This document shows positions 48,107 through 57,752 of a stretch of DNA of 64,000 nucleotides, piece by piece. The stretch lies in the IMG/VR virus record IMGVR_UViG_3300030118_002829, positions 1 through 64,000 of that record; one strand, written 5' to 3'. The notes below the pieces were generated by a model, which saw nothing but the letters and a program-made list of their open reading frames with translations, did not search any database and had not been told where the DNA came from. The DNA is from an uncultured virus (IMG/VR IMGVR_UViG_3300030118_002829) (taxonomy: Duplodnaviria; Heunggongvirae; Uroviricota; Caudoviricetes). Position numbers and translations under genes: made by a program. The number at the start of each line of letters is the position of its first letter. Position 1 is the stretch's first letter.

Positions 48107-49541
48107 ACATTCCACCTCCCATAAATTGCGCCTGTGGTTGCTCGTTATCAAATATTTCCATGTCATCCAATAATACGAATGATTCAAGCATATCATGAGT
48201 CGCAGAATTAGCAAGAGCAAGTCCCATGACCAAATCATCGTGTGCGCCTACACCTTCAAATTTGCCTTTATCAGTAATACTAAACATAGATAATTCTTCA
48301 ATAATATTATCCGTCACCTTTCTTGATTCATCATTTCCTCTAGGGAAAATAATCTTCGTATTTTCAATGTTCATTTGTAGGTTCAAGATAATTTCTTCTT
48401 TCTTTCTACGGGTCATAGTAACATCTTTGATATTCAAATCTGTTTCATTCCTTAGTTCTTGAGTAAATGATTTAGCAAAGGTATTTGTTTCAAAGTAAAT
48501 AGCATCGGGGTCAAACAATTTACCTATCATTTTTATTTTATTGATATTATCTCTAAATTCAACATTCTTTTGTCTATCAACATAAATGATTGATTTGTTT
48601 CTATTTTCATCAACTTCTAAAACAATAATTACATTGAAATCTCCATCGGTAGAAATAGCAGGGTCCACTCCTACATAGTAGGTATAGCCCGAATCCTTTC
48701 TATGTCTTAATCTAAGAATAGAATCCTTTCCTAACTTTTTACATGCTTCGATATGCTCTTGGCCAAAGAGAGCAGTTCCAGTTGAAATTGGAATACAAAG
48801 ATATTCTCTTGTAAATTTTAGTGAACCTACTTCCTTCTTTCTTTGCATTAGTGAATCGTAATCCCAACGGCTAGGCCATAATGGTTCATTGTTTTGATTG
48901 AGGCAAGGATAATTTCTAACTGTATAAACTTCTGAATATTCATCACTTGCTAACAAGGCAAAAATGTCAGTGTAGGTAAATGGAGTGCCAATCATTCTCA
49001 ATGTAGCAGTATGATGAAGTGTAGGAATCATATCTCCAAAGAACCAATCAGTTACTTTTTTGATAGCAGTCAAACTGAATTCCTTTAATGGGTCATCAAT
49101 AATAATTTCTTGAGGATGTAAACCACGAATCTGAGAACCAACTGAACGCTCAAGAATTGAATTACCATTGGTAAGAGTAATATTTCCTACCGCCCATCCT
49201 CTTGACGGTCTAAAATGAGCAATAGTGGGATTATTGAATATCTTATCTATTTCTCTCATGTGAACCATTGTCTGTTTATGGTTAGATGAAATGTAAAGCA
49301 TTTGATAGGGAGGAGGTTGAAAACATAATTGCCATACGGCCCATGAATGCATAAATACAGATTTACCGTGGTCCCTACTACAAATGATAACTGTTCTATC
49401 AGTTCCTTGCATAAGGTCTAGCCATTCTTGATGAAAAGAAGTAAATTCAAAACCTAAAACTTCAGTGAAGAAATATGGAAAGGAAGTTTTGGATAACTCC
49501 AAATCCATTTGCTTACTAAAGTCCAAATCATCTAACATCAC
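48090..49541 (-). CDS. terL: Terminase large subunit
   Basis: SRDHGKS Walker A, IIIDD Walker B, IGTP, FTREYLC, GVDPA and HDDLVM nuclease motifs. Confidence 0.95.
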   Translation of the reverse strand: MMLDDLDFSKQMDLELSKTSFPYFFTEVLGFEFTSFHQEWLDLMQGTDRTVIICSRDHGKSVFMHSWAVWQLCFQPPPYQMLYISSNHKQTMVHMREIDKIFNNPTIAHFRPSRGWAVGNITLTNGNSILERSVGSQIRGLHPQEIIIDDPLKEFSLTAIKKVTDWFFGDMIPTLHHTATLRMIGTPFTYTDIFALLASDEYSEVYTVRNYPCLNQNNEPLWPSRWDYDSLMQRKKEVGSLKFTREYLCIPISTGTALFGQEHIEACKKLGKDSILRLRHRKDSGYTYYVGVDPAISTDGDFNVIIVLEVDENRNKSIIYVDRQKNVEFRDNINKIKMIGKLFDPDAIYFETNTFAKSFTQELRNETDLNIKDVTMTRRKKEEIILNLQMNIENTKIIFPRGNDESRKVTDNIIEELSMFSITDKGKFEGVGAHDDLVMGLALANSATHDMLESFVLLDDMEIFDNEQPQAQFMGGGMFGLNF

Positions 49542-50152
49542 AAATCACACTTATGCACATACTTAGCCCAAATATAGGCAAACGATTTTTTCATCTCCCC
49601 ACTATCTCTATAATAAATAGGATACTTAGCCGATTTTAATTTCTGCTTAACAGGTTCGGGAAGATTTGCTTTTTCTTCATCGTAAGGGACAAATCCTAAA
49701 CCTCTCCATTGTGGTATTAGACTCTTATTTGCTATACTAAGAATCATAGGTTTATCCGTATATTTTCCTATGACCTCTTGATAAATTTCTGACCATCCAC
49801 GATTCACCTTTATTCCGTCTACTTCTCTTGTTGGGGCAACATCTCTAGAAAATAAGGATGGATTAGCGATTGACCTTGCTCCGCCACCTGCATAAAAATC
49901 TCCGTAATCCGTAACCGCTTGAACTGCTACTGGCTTATCACCTTCACCAGTTTTACTTGAACGAATATTTACATGAAAGTCAGTATTACCTGCCCCAAAC
50001 AATCTAAAGAAGGTAGTATTCCTATTTGCCCTTGTTGGAAATATATCACTAGGACTTGGTTTCTTCTCAAATAATTCTTCAAATGATTCAGACCAAGCAT
50101 CAAAAAATAATTTTTGAACCGCCTGTTCATTTGTCATTACTTGAATAGCCAA
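49538..50152 (-). CDS. Hypothetical protein, possibly GNAT-fold
   Basis: V..PVAV strand and ANKSLIPQWRGLGF resembling GNAT motif B. Confidence 0.4.
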   Translation of the reverse strand: MAIQVMTNEQAVQKLFFDAWSESFEELFEKKPSPSDIFPTRANRNTTFFRLFGAGNTDFHVNIRSSKTGEGDKPVAVQAVTDYGDFYAGGGARSIANPSLFSRDVAPTREVDGIKVNRGWSEIYQEVIGKYTDKPMILSIANKSLIPQWRGLGFVPYDEEKANLPEPVKQKLKSAKYPIYYRDSGEMKKSFAYIWAKYVHKCDL

Positions 50153-50157
50153 TTACA

Positions 50158-50445
50158 TCACCATAGTTTCTTACAGGCTAAACATTTAGGTGTAGTAATT
50201 CTCCCTTTGCATTGGTCGCAATTGTGTCTTGCTCTAAAGTTGGCTCTCCTTTTAGGATTCTTATGTGTGCCACCTCCACGATTTTTACCCTTGCGTTTGT
50301 AATTACCATATCCCTTAGCACCCGCATGAATCTTTTTACCCTCATGCGTTAGCATCATAATTTTCTTGCCAGCCCTATCACTAGGATATACACGACCTAC
50401 ACGCATATCCTTCTTATCTTTCTTTAGGACTTCTTCCCAACTCAT
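50158..50445 (-). CDS. Basic small protein, MSWEEVLK N-terminus
   Basis: KIHAGAKGY...KRRANFRARHNC motif of the kind seen in phage and giant-virus basic proteins. Confidence 0.7.
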   Translation of the reverse strand: MSWEEVLKKDKKDMRVGRVYPSDRAGKKIMMLTHEGKKIHAGAKGYGNYKRKGKNRGGGTHKNPKRRANFRARHNCDQCKGRITTPKCLACKKLW

Positions 50446-50450
50446 GCAAA

Positions 50451-50804
50451 TCACTTTCTTGGTTTATGAGTATAAATATCTCCATCACTGTGCATGAAAA
50501 TTACTTTCTTTCTTTTCATAGCATCTAAGACTCTTTTCAAATCTTTAGGAGGGCAAATTGCTTTTAGGTTCTTCATACCTAATGCACCTCCTTCTTTTTT
50601 GATTTCAGCAAGGATTTCCTTTTCAATGTCAGAATCGCTCTTTACTGCTTTCTTTTCATCTCTAAGCATCTTGAAATCCTTTCCGCTTATTTTTCCGTCA
50701 CCATCAGCATCAATTCTTTTTTGATTACCAGTTAGTGTCTTTTCTTCATCATCTGTCTTTTCATGCGTTCCACAATGTATTTTCAATATATCTTGCCATG
50801 TCAT
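50451..50804 (-). CDS. Small protein with EF-hand-like motif, MTWQDILK N-terminus
   Basis: IDADGDGKISGKDF followed by a wHTH-like C-terminus. Confidence 0.7.
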   Translation of the reverse strand: MTWQDILKIHCGTHEKTDDEEKTLTGNQKRIDADGDGKISGKDFKMLRDEKKAVKSDSDIEKEILAEIKKEGGALGMKNLKAICPPKDLKRVLDAMKRKKVIFMHSDGDIYTHKPRK

Positions 50805-51205
50805 TATTGTTCACCTCTTTGTTGGTTTTCCTTCGACCTTTTATCGTCTGTTATTGGGCCACCCTTAGCCCAAGTATAACAAGTTCTCGCTGAATGACAT
50901 TTGAAATGATGCATCCAACAATAACCTAAACGACCATCATCATCTAATTCTAGGGGCATACATTTTTCCATTCTAGGAGAAATGTCGAATGCTACACAAT
51001 TACTACAATTAGATTTCTTTGCTACTTCAGGAGTGGTATTCCATCTATCAGCATACCTTTTCCAATAATCTTCATCACTTAAGTTAAGGGGACCATATTG
51101 AATATGTTCGGCTTTAACCGCACTGTCTCTATTTTTAGTGTTTAACTCTAAATCCTGCGTTGCTCTAGGACAAGCCATTTCTTTTAGGATAATTTGCCAA
51201 CTCAT
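50804..51205 (-). CDS. Cys-rich protein, HiPIP-like, MSWQIILK N-terminus
   Basis: CSNCVAF...GYC...C....TCYTW pattern. Confidence 0.6.
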   Translation of the reverse strand: MSWQIILKEMACPRATQDLELNTKNRDSAVKAEHIQYGPLNLSDEDYWKRYADRWNTTPEVAKKSNCSNCVAFDISPRMEKCMPLELDDDGRLGYCWMHHFKCHSARTCYTWAKGGPITDDKRSKENQQRGEQ

Positions 51206-51657
51206 GTTTTCATCCTCTGTGTTTTCCTCTTACTGGCTTCCTTTCTAGATAACGCATAAGCATGTGCCGCTTTCAGTCTTTTCTTCGCTTCGGGGTCTTT
51301 AGCCCTGTCTGCCGCAACTCTCGCTCGTTGTTCCACTAAATTAATTATTTGAGATTGTCTCTTATGAGATTTTGATTTAAAGGAAGCACTTGAAAAGGTT
51401 TCTTGCACATCTTTTCTTGTTCTAAATTTAACAGGAACAGTATCTTTTGGATTTTCATCAGTGTATAATCTTCTAGTAGAATCCTTTGGTTTTTTTCCTG
51501 TTCCTTTTCTTGGTTCCTTTTTTAGAATATCTTGCCAACCCTTCTTTACATAACCACTAGCATAAGCCGCTTGAGCGACTTGTTGTGCTTTTTTCTTAGT
51601 CTTGAAAGGACCTCTGGAACCCCAGTAGTAACCATCCTTTCTTTTTGTTATTGGCAT
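51202..51657 (-). CDS. Basic two-module protein with internal GWQDILK
   Basis: YYWGSRG...KKKA..AAYASGY module, then LYTDENPKDT module. Confidence 0.7.
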   Translation of the reverse strand: MPITKRKDGYYWGSRGPFKTKKKAQQVAQAAYASGYVKKGWQDILKKEPRKGTGKKPKDSTRRLYTDENPKDTVPVKFRTRKDVQETFSSASFKSKSHKRQSQIINLVEQRARVAADRAKDPEAKKRLKAAHAYALSRKEASKRKTQRMKT

Positions 51658-51662
51658 AATAA

Positions 51663-51935
51663 TCACTTTTGACTAAACTTCTTTCCAGTCTTTACATGTT
51701 GAATGCCTTTCTTTCGACCTTTCTTTTTCTTCCTATCTTGATAATCCAATCGAGATTTAGGAGTCCTTTGATAAGTTGCTTTAGGCATATATCTTCCTTT
51801 AGTTTTAGATTTAGGAGTTTTTCCCTTTGCTTTCGCTCGATGTTGTTCTTGGCTACCCCACTCCTCATCAGTCCAAGTGGATAAGTCCTGTTGCCTTTTC
51901 GTTTTGGCTTTTAGAACATTCCACCATCTAGTCAC
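51663..51935 (-). CDS. Basic protein (DUF5872-like C-terminal half)
   Basis: Likely GTG start at 51935 (MTRWWNVLKAK); QQDLSTWTDEEW...GRYMPKA. Confidence 0.6.
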   Translation of the reverse strand: MTRWWNVLKAKTKRQQDLSTWTDEEWGSQEQHRAKAKGKTPKSKTKGRYMPKATYQRTPKSRLDYQDRKKKKGRKKGIQHVKTGKKFSQK

Positions 51936-52131
51936 GATAGCCGCCACCTGCTTTCTTATATCTTTGAGCAAGCATTTGTGCTTTTCTAGCAGACCATTGA
52001 CCTGCCGCACCGCCTTTTGTTCCTCTTTTTATTTCATTGAATAACCTTCTACGAAGTTTAGGTTTCGTATAGTTACCTGCTTGGTTTACAGTAGACTTTC
52101 TTTTCTTTTTTAGTATTTCTTCCCATGTCAT
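51928..52131 (-). CDS. Basic protein (DUF5872-like N-terminal half), MTWEEILK N-terminus
   Basis: NYTKPKLR...GQWSARKAQMLAQRYKKAGGGY. Confidence 0.7.
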   Translation of the reverse strand: MTWEEILKKKRKSTVNQAGNYTKPKLRRRLFNEIKRGTKGGAAGQWSARKAQMLAQRYKKAGGGYRD

Positions 52132-52132
52132 A

Positions 52133-52303
52133 TTATTCACCTTTTTTACGACCTTTCATTTCATGCTCATGAAGATAGCCCATTTCTTTCATTCTTAAAT
52201 GGTCAGCCATCTCATTGGCCATAAAGCCCTTACCTGTTTTTGGGTCAAACATCATATGTGGTTTGAACTCTTTATCTTTCTTTATTATATTTCTCCAACT
52301 CAT
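52133..52303 (-). CDS. Small protein with MSWRNIIK N-terminus (not in ORF track)
   Basis: MSWRNIIKKDKEFKPHMMFDPKTGKG...HLRMKEMGYLH; AGGTGAT SD. Confidence 0.75.
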   Translation of the reverse strand: MSWRNIIKKDKEFKPHMMFDPKTGKGFMANEMADHLRMKEMGYLHEHEMKGRKKGE

Positions 52304-52308
52304 TTTAA

Positions 52309-54864
52309 TCACCTAAATAATGCTTTAATCGTATAAACCGTATCTTCATTTATTCCATAATCTCTAGAAATAGATTGATAGGATGCTACGGCCTTTACTA
52401 TCCTATCAATTTCAGTAGCAGTAATATCTGTTCTTTGCTCAGTATGGATTTTATTGATTACTAAATCCATATGTTCGATAGAGTCTAATGATAATCTAGC
52501 ATAAGTAATTGGCTTATCCTTCATCTTTCTAATAGTATCATGAGCCTCTAGTAAAGAAGCATTTATTTTATCCATCTTGTGAAAGGTATCAAACTCTTGG
52601 TCTAATTCTCTTACTGCATCTACTAAAGCAGGGTCGGTATATCTTACCGTTTTCGTTTCAAAATCTGGATTGTCTTTTATTCCAATCCATGCCTTAAACT
52701 CAGGAGTGTTAAGAGCATACCTTAGCATAGTAATTGGATATTTGTCTTTATCTGACTCTTTGTATCTATCATGAAGTTCTCTCAAATTAGACCAATAAGG
52801 CGTAGATAAATCTCCAACATTTTCAACATTTAATTTTCTAGCCATATCATAAATGATAAAACCGATTGATTCCTTATTTTTAGAATTGTAATCTTTACCA
52901 AATAGCCTATTTAATGCCGTAACTGCTTTTTTACCTGTTCTAAATATCTCTTTGGTAAATGACCTAGCACCCGTTCTTCTAGCCTCTCTGATGAAGGCAG
53001 TTATATCTTTTAGATTCTTAGGGGATACTAAATGAATAGAATCAGTAACCATTCTATCTAACATTGCACCAATAGCATTTTCTTTGGCATTTTTAATTGA
53101 AAGAACCATTGCTGAATTACCTGTGGCCCAAGTTGGTTTCTCCTTTGCTTGCACAAAGTTTCTTCCTTGTAGTGGAACAAGATAATATTCGTTAATGGCC
53201 TTTAGTAAATCATTCCAAGGCTTATCCACCATTGCAGGAATGTCTCTTTCTTTTCCTTTTTCTCCCGCCCAAACAGTCTCAATCGCTGAACCAACTTCTT
53301 CTTTGTCGGCACCTGCTCCCCTTTTTGGCTGATAAGTAGATAGGCTTGTTTTGTATGCTTCGGCTATTTTAGCAATATTATCTAGGAATCTAGTAGTGTC
53401 ATCTGTAATCTTATCATAATTGGTTTCCCCCATCTTTTGATATTTCTCAACAAATTTAGAAAGAGGAAGATGGAAAATCTTGTTATCTTGAATATCATCA
53501 ATATTAGCCTCAAACTTATTGAACCAATCATCAAATTCATTCAATGCCTGTCTATCCAAAATAAATTCTTCACCTTGTCTTTTACCCATAAATCTGTATT
53601 TTAGACCTATGGTAGAAGGTATAACTCTAACTTCTCCGCCTTCTTCTATTGGTTGAAGTGTCCTTTCTCTAACACCATTGATGATACCTTTGATTTGATT
53701 CAGTTGTCTTTTAGGGATTCTTATCTTTGAGAAATCATCACTGAATTTATACCAAAAGATAGGGTCTACATTCATTAGATTCTTACTTGTAACAACTTGT
53801 GGTTCTTTTGCCCTTCCCGACATATCGGGCAATGAAGCATCGTAAGTTGTTTTTGCCCCAACATCTGTCATATAGTCTTCTTCTAATGCTTCTCTACCCG
53901 TTGCTCCTGCCGCACCTTCTGAAACTTCATCATCACTTACTCTTGTTTGCATACCCATATCTGCTTCGGATTCTCCCTTTTGTGGTATTGCTCCTCTTAA
54001 ATCATTAAAAGCATCCATAATATATAGAGCGTTATTGAATGCATTATCCACTGGTAATTCAAACGGTGGCAGTTTCAAAATGTAATTAGGAATACCTGCT
54101 TTGTAATCCGCAATAAAATTATTAGATGCATCAATAAAAGGTTTTAGATATTTTTTTCGTTCCTCGCCTTCCATAGTTTCTTTCATTATGAATTTTAAAC
54201 TAACAAGTAATTCATAAAAATCTTCTGCGGCTTTTACTACATCCTTATGTTTAGCATCAATGCCTTTCCAATAATCATAAACTCTTTCTCTAGAAGATAA
54301 TTTACCTAATTGTAAATCCCCAATGTCTTCCGCCCAAGCAACATCAATTCTAGTTTTCTTGGTCGGTTGTTTTGTTTCAGCCTGTTCAGTTCTACGATGA
54401 TATTGAATCAATTTGTTTACATTATTGATTACTGTCTCATCATTTGTTTTCTTAGCAAATTCGCCTAATTGAGTTAGTATTTGTCCTATATCGCTAGGCG
54501 CAGATGCTCTTTGGAACCTTAGTGATTCAACATTTATTGGGCCTTCTTCTAATTTAGAATAAGTCAAAGGTCTTGCTTGATACCTAAATGATGCCCTTAA
54601 TTGAGTGTTAAACTTTTTTGATTCAGATATTTCTTCTTGAGTTTCTGATTCTCTCATCTCTTGACCTTCAGGCATAGCACTTATGCCTCTTAGCATCCTA
54701 ACGGCATTGGAAATAGCGGAGGATTTAGAAGATGGGAATTGTTCTTTGAGTTTATCTTTCAATTCATTTCTTATCTGAGAATAAGTATTATCTTCTGCGG
54801 CTTGTCTAGCCATCTGTTTTATTTCATCACTAATCATGTTCATTGTTATTTTATCAACCATCAT
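52309..54864 (-). CDS. Large helical protein, possible internal/ejection protein
   Basis: 851-aa ORF, no recognised catalytic motif. Confidence 0.7.
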   Translation of the reverse strand: MMVDKITMNMISDEIKQMARQAAEDNTYSQIRNELKDKLKEQFPSSKSSAISNAVRMLRGISAMPEGQEMRESETQEEISESKKFNTQLRASFRYQARPLTYSKLEEGPINVESLRFQRASAPSDIGQILTQLGEFAKKTNDETVINNVNKLIQYHRRTEQAETKQPTKKTRIDVAWAEDIGDLQLGKLSSRERVYDYWKGIDAKHKDVVKAAEDFYELLVSLKFIMKETMEGEERKKYLKPFIDASNNFIADYKAGIPNYILKLPPFELPVDNAFNNALYIMDAFNDLRGAIPQKGESEADMGMQTRVSDDEVSEGAAGATGREALEEDYMTDVGAKTTYDASLPDMSGRAKEPQVVTSKNLMNVDPIFWYKFSDDFSKIRIPKRQLNQIKGIINGVRERTLQPIEEGGEVRVIPSTIGLKYRFMGKRQGEEFILDRQALNEFDDWFNKFEANIDDIQDNKIFHLPLSKFVEKYQKMGETNYDKITDDTTRFLDNIAKIAEAYKTSLSTYQPKRGAGADKEEVGSAIETVWAGEKGKERDIPAMVDKPWNDLLKAINEYYLVPLQGRNFVQAKEKPTWATGNSAMVLSIKNAKENAIGAMLDRMVTDSIHLVSPKNLKDITAFIREARRTGARSFTKEIFRTGKKAVTALNRLFGKDYNSKNKESIGFIIYDMARKLNVENVGDLSTPYWSNLRELHDRYKESDKDKYPITMLRYALNTPEFKAWIGIKDNPDFETKTVRYTDPALVDAVRELDQEFDTFHKMDKINASLLEAHDTIRKMKDKPITYARLSLDSIEHMDLVINKIHTEQRTDITATEIDRIVKAVASYQSISRDYGINEDTVYTIKALFR

Positions 54865-57124
54865 TTTCCACCGCCCGTATTATTCCTTGGTTTTCTAAAG
54901 TTTTGAGGAAATTTCTCTTTGAAGTTTTTGCTCTCCTTTTTTGGTATGTTAGCGACTCAGAAACAATTTCTTCTATTTTGCTCTTAATATCTTCAGTAAT
55001 CGCTTGTCTTAGTTTAGGTATCATCTCTTTGATAATCTTTGCTAATTCTTTAATGTCTTCAGCGAAGGGTGATTCTTGGAAATTTAAATCTTCACTGGGT
55101 TGTATCTTTTTAGCCAAAGAATCTAATTTCTGTTGTTCACTAGAAAAATATATTCTACCTGCACCAATAATGACATTGTATAAATTATCTAAATCATCTA
55201 TTTGGTCTTTAACAACATTACCCGATAGAACTTCATCTAAACCATGTCCCGATGCTAATCCTTTGTAGGTTATTTCGGCAATATCTTGTTCATGACCTTC
55301 TGAGAACTTAGATTCGTCAAATTCTATTTCAAATATTTTTCCATATACCTGTAACACTCTATCAAATTCTTCTATTTCTTCTTGATTGTCATCTTTCAAA
55401 TCATCTGAAGCAAATTTAAGTTCCGTTCCTTCGGGTTCGATACTTGCTAAATACAGTAGTTTTGTAATCTTTTCAAAAACAGATTTGATAGCAACAACAA
55501 ATACTGTAATTTTCTTATCACCATAATCTAATTCTTTTTCTCTTATACCTAATTCTTTATCTCTAAGGTCTTGTATAATATCTAAAATTTCTTTTTGATT
55601 AGTAGAGCGTTCTGATTCCTTGTCGGGAATATCCTGTAAGAACTCCTCAGAATCTTCTCCTAGTAAATTATCAATAAATTCTTTTTGAGAGGGACTAATA
55701 GATTTTTCAAGAAATTTCAAATTAGATTGTAATCTATTTTTTTCTTTATCGTAAGAATCCTTCAAAGAACCCCTACCCTTTAACTGGCTAATAATTTCCT
55801 TTTTGTATTTATCAAAATCAGGATTAGTGTCATCTCTCATTCGATTTTCTAATGCAGATGAATAAAATTCACTTTCTGTTTTACCTTTAACAGATGCATC
55901 AAAAACTGTTCTAGCGTAATAATTCAAACGGTATTTTTCATTAGCAAACTTCATTGTTTGCATATTTAGAATAAAATTATCAGCCATAGTTCCATCTTCT
56001 AAAGCAGATTCATATTTACCATCTAATATTTTTAACAGACTCCTATGAATGAAATCGCTTCTTTGTCTAATTGCATCTAATTTTTTTGTAGAGAGTTTTT
56101 TGAACTCGCTATCAACCATGACCTTTTCTAAAAAATATTGAGCCTTTTCTGAAGTGAAAGGTTCTACTACCTCATATTTTGTAAAAATCATACCTTTGGT
56201 GTCCTCTTTTGAATATTCAACTAAATCTAATTGGCCAAATAACTGATAAACGGGTTTTGCTCTAAATTTAGGTCTTTTACCCGATAACTCAACTACTTCT
56301 TTTACAAGTTCTTTTCTATCACCAGTGAATGATTCAATGATTTGATATTGTCCTTTCCTCTTAAAGCCTAAACTTGACAAATCCTCTTTAGCATCAGTAA
56401 CAGTTACTCTCAAGTCTCTGTTCCATCCCCATTGATTTAGTAACGGTATCATTTTTCTACCATACTTTTGAGTAAAATATGGTTTCAATTTAGTAATTTT
56501 ATTAGTATCTTTGAATAGTAATCTATCAAGATTATTCAAATATCTTTTTTGTTGGTCTTCATTCCAAGTATCAAAATTTTCTTGTAGAACTGAATCAATT
56601 TTCTCCTTGGTAACATCCCGCATTTCTACATTAATACGGGCTAATCCTGATGCAGTAGCCCCCGATTGTTTACCTGTTTTCTTTTTACCTTCTAAGAATG
56701 GTAACAATTCATTAACGACCTTTGTAACTCTATTCGTAATTTTGGTTCCAGAGATTCTATCGGGTTTAGGTCTTAGAGTTAAATCATCAATAGCATCTAT
56801 TTTTTCCCATCCTTGAAAATTATCCTGTTGATAAAATCGTAATCGGTCAATAGTTGCTATCATTCCCTCTGTAACGAAAGGTAAATTTTTAATTTGCTCT
56901 ATAAATTCTTCAGTAGCAATATCACTCTCAAATATTTCAGCCCACTCATTGTCTATCTGATTTGCTCTTTTAAAATCGGGATGATGTGGTAATTTTCTTT
57001 TTCCTTGTTTAAACTTATTTACTGCTTTCTCAATCGTTTCTGATGAAGCATAAGTTACACCTTCATGAATTATAACCTTCTTAGATTTCCTAAGAGATAA
57101 TATCCATGCGGGTGCTTGACTCAT
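54854..57124 (-). CDS. Large helical protein, possible internal/ejection protein
   Basis: 756-aa ORF; N-terminal AWILSLRKS variant motif. Confidence 0.7.
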   Translation of the reverse strand: MSQAPAWILSLRKSKKVIIHEGVTYASSETIEKAVNKFKQGKRKLPHHPDFKRANQIDNEWAEIFESDIATEEFIEQIKNLPFVTEGMIATIDRLRFYQQDNFQGWEKIDAIDDLTLRPKPDRISGTKITNRVTKVVNELLPFLEGKKKTGKQSGATASGLARINVEMRDVTKEKIDSVLQENFDTWNEDQQKRYLNNLDRLLFKDTNKITKLKPYFTQKYGRKMIPLLNQWGWNRDLRVTVTDAKEDLSSLGFKRKGQYQIIESFTGDRKELVKEVVELSGKRPKFRAKPVYQLFGQLDLVEYSKEDTKGMIFTKYEVVEPFTSEKAQYFLEKVMVDSEFKKLSTKKLDAIRQRSDFIHRSLLKILDGKYESALEDGTMADNFILNMQTMKFANEKYRLNYYARTVFDASVKGKTESEFYSSALENRMRDDTNPDFDKYKKEIISQLKGRGSLKDSYDKEKNRLQSNLKFLEKSISPSQKEFIDNLLGEDSEEFLQDIPDKESERSTNQKEILDIIQDLRDKELGIREKELDYGDKKITVFVVAIKSVFEKITKLLYLASIEPEGTELKFASDDLKDDNQEEIEEFDRVLQVYGKIFEIEFDESKFSEGHEQDIAEITYKGLASGHGLDEVLSGNVVKDQIDDLDNLYNVIIGAGRIYFSSEQQKLDSLAKKIQPSEDLNFQESPFAEDIKELAKIIKEMIPKLRQAITEDIKSKIEEIVSESLTYQKRRAKTSKRNFLKTLENQGIIRAVENDG

Positions 57125-57162
57125 TGTAATTCCTCTTGTATTTTCTTTTAATCACCTTTTGG

Positions 57163-57462
57163 CTACAGTCTTGAAACTTCTAATCCCATCTTTTCTGCTC
57201 TTTCCATTTCATCCATTGACATTTCGGAAGGGTCTTTTAATCCATCAAACCACTTTTTTAATTTTTCAGGCATAGGTATTTCTCCTGATACTAACTCTTG
57301 ATTATCATTATTATAATCCCTAGATAAGTAAGCAAAACCATGTTCATACGGTTGTCTTACATAATATTCTAAATAGGTATTATGTTCTTGAATTCTAATT
57401 ATGTCTTTTTCCTCAAAGTGTTCTTCATAATCATAATATTTTAGTATATCTTGCCAACTCAT
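57163..57462 (-). CDS. Hypothetical protein, MSWQDILK N-terminus
   Basis: 99-aa ORF. Confidence 0.7.
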   Translation of the reverse strand: MSWQDILKYYDYEEHFEEKDIIRIQEHNTYLEYYVRQPYEHGFAYLSRDYNNDNQELVSGEIPMPEKLKKWFDGLKDPSEMSMDEMERAEKMGLEVSRL

Positions 57463-57752
57463 TGCAATTCCTCCTGTCTGTATTTATCTAAAGCATCAGT
57501 TTCTTGATACTCTTGTAAAAATTCCATAACTGCTTGAACACAATGATAAGTTAGCATATATTCTGCACCTTCTAATTCTTCTTCTTCTGTTACTTTTATA
57601 ATATCTTCAATTTCTCTCATTACAGGAGAAAGAACTGCTTTCACTTTGGCTAGCCCTTCTTTAGAAGTAGGTGTTGATGTAAGAGCCTGTCCTTTTAATG
57701 GTAGTAAAAAGGAACTTGGACTCAAGTTCTTTAAAATATCTCCCCAACTCAT
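57459..57752 (-). CDS. Hypothetical protein, MSWGDILK N-terminus
   Basis: 97-aa ORF. Confidence 0.7.
   Translation of the reverse strand: MSWGDILKNLSPSSFLLPLKGQALTSTPTSKEGLAKVKAVLSPVMREIEDIIKVTEEEELEGAEYMLTYHCVQAVMEFLQEYQETDALDKYRQEELQ

Noticed and set aside
48107..48238. N-terminal 44 aa of the 539-aa ORF
   Set aside because: Overlaps the terL 3' end; a strong GGAGGTGG SD points to the TTG at 48106
46619..49541. Intron or intein around the LAGLIDADG ORF
   Set aside because: TerL has complete ATPase and nuclease motifs and portal is intact; no splicing motifs recognised
51936..52010. N-terminal extension of the 115-aa ORF
   Set aside because: Overlaps the upstream gene; GTG at 51935 gives a tag-bearing start
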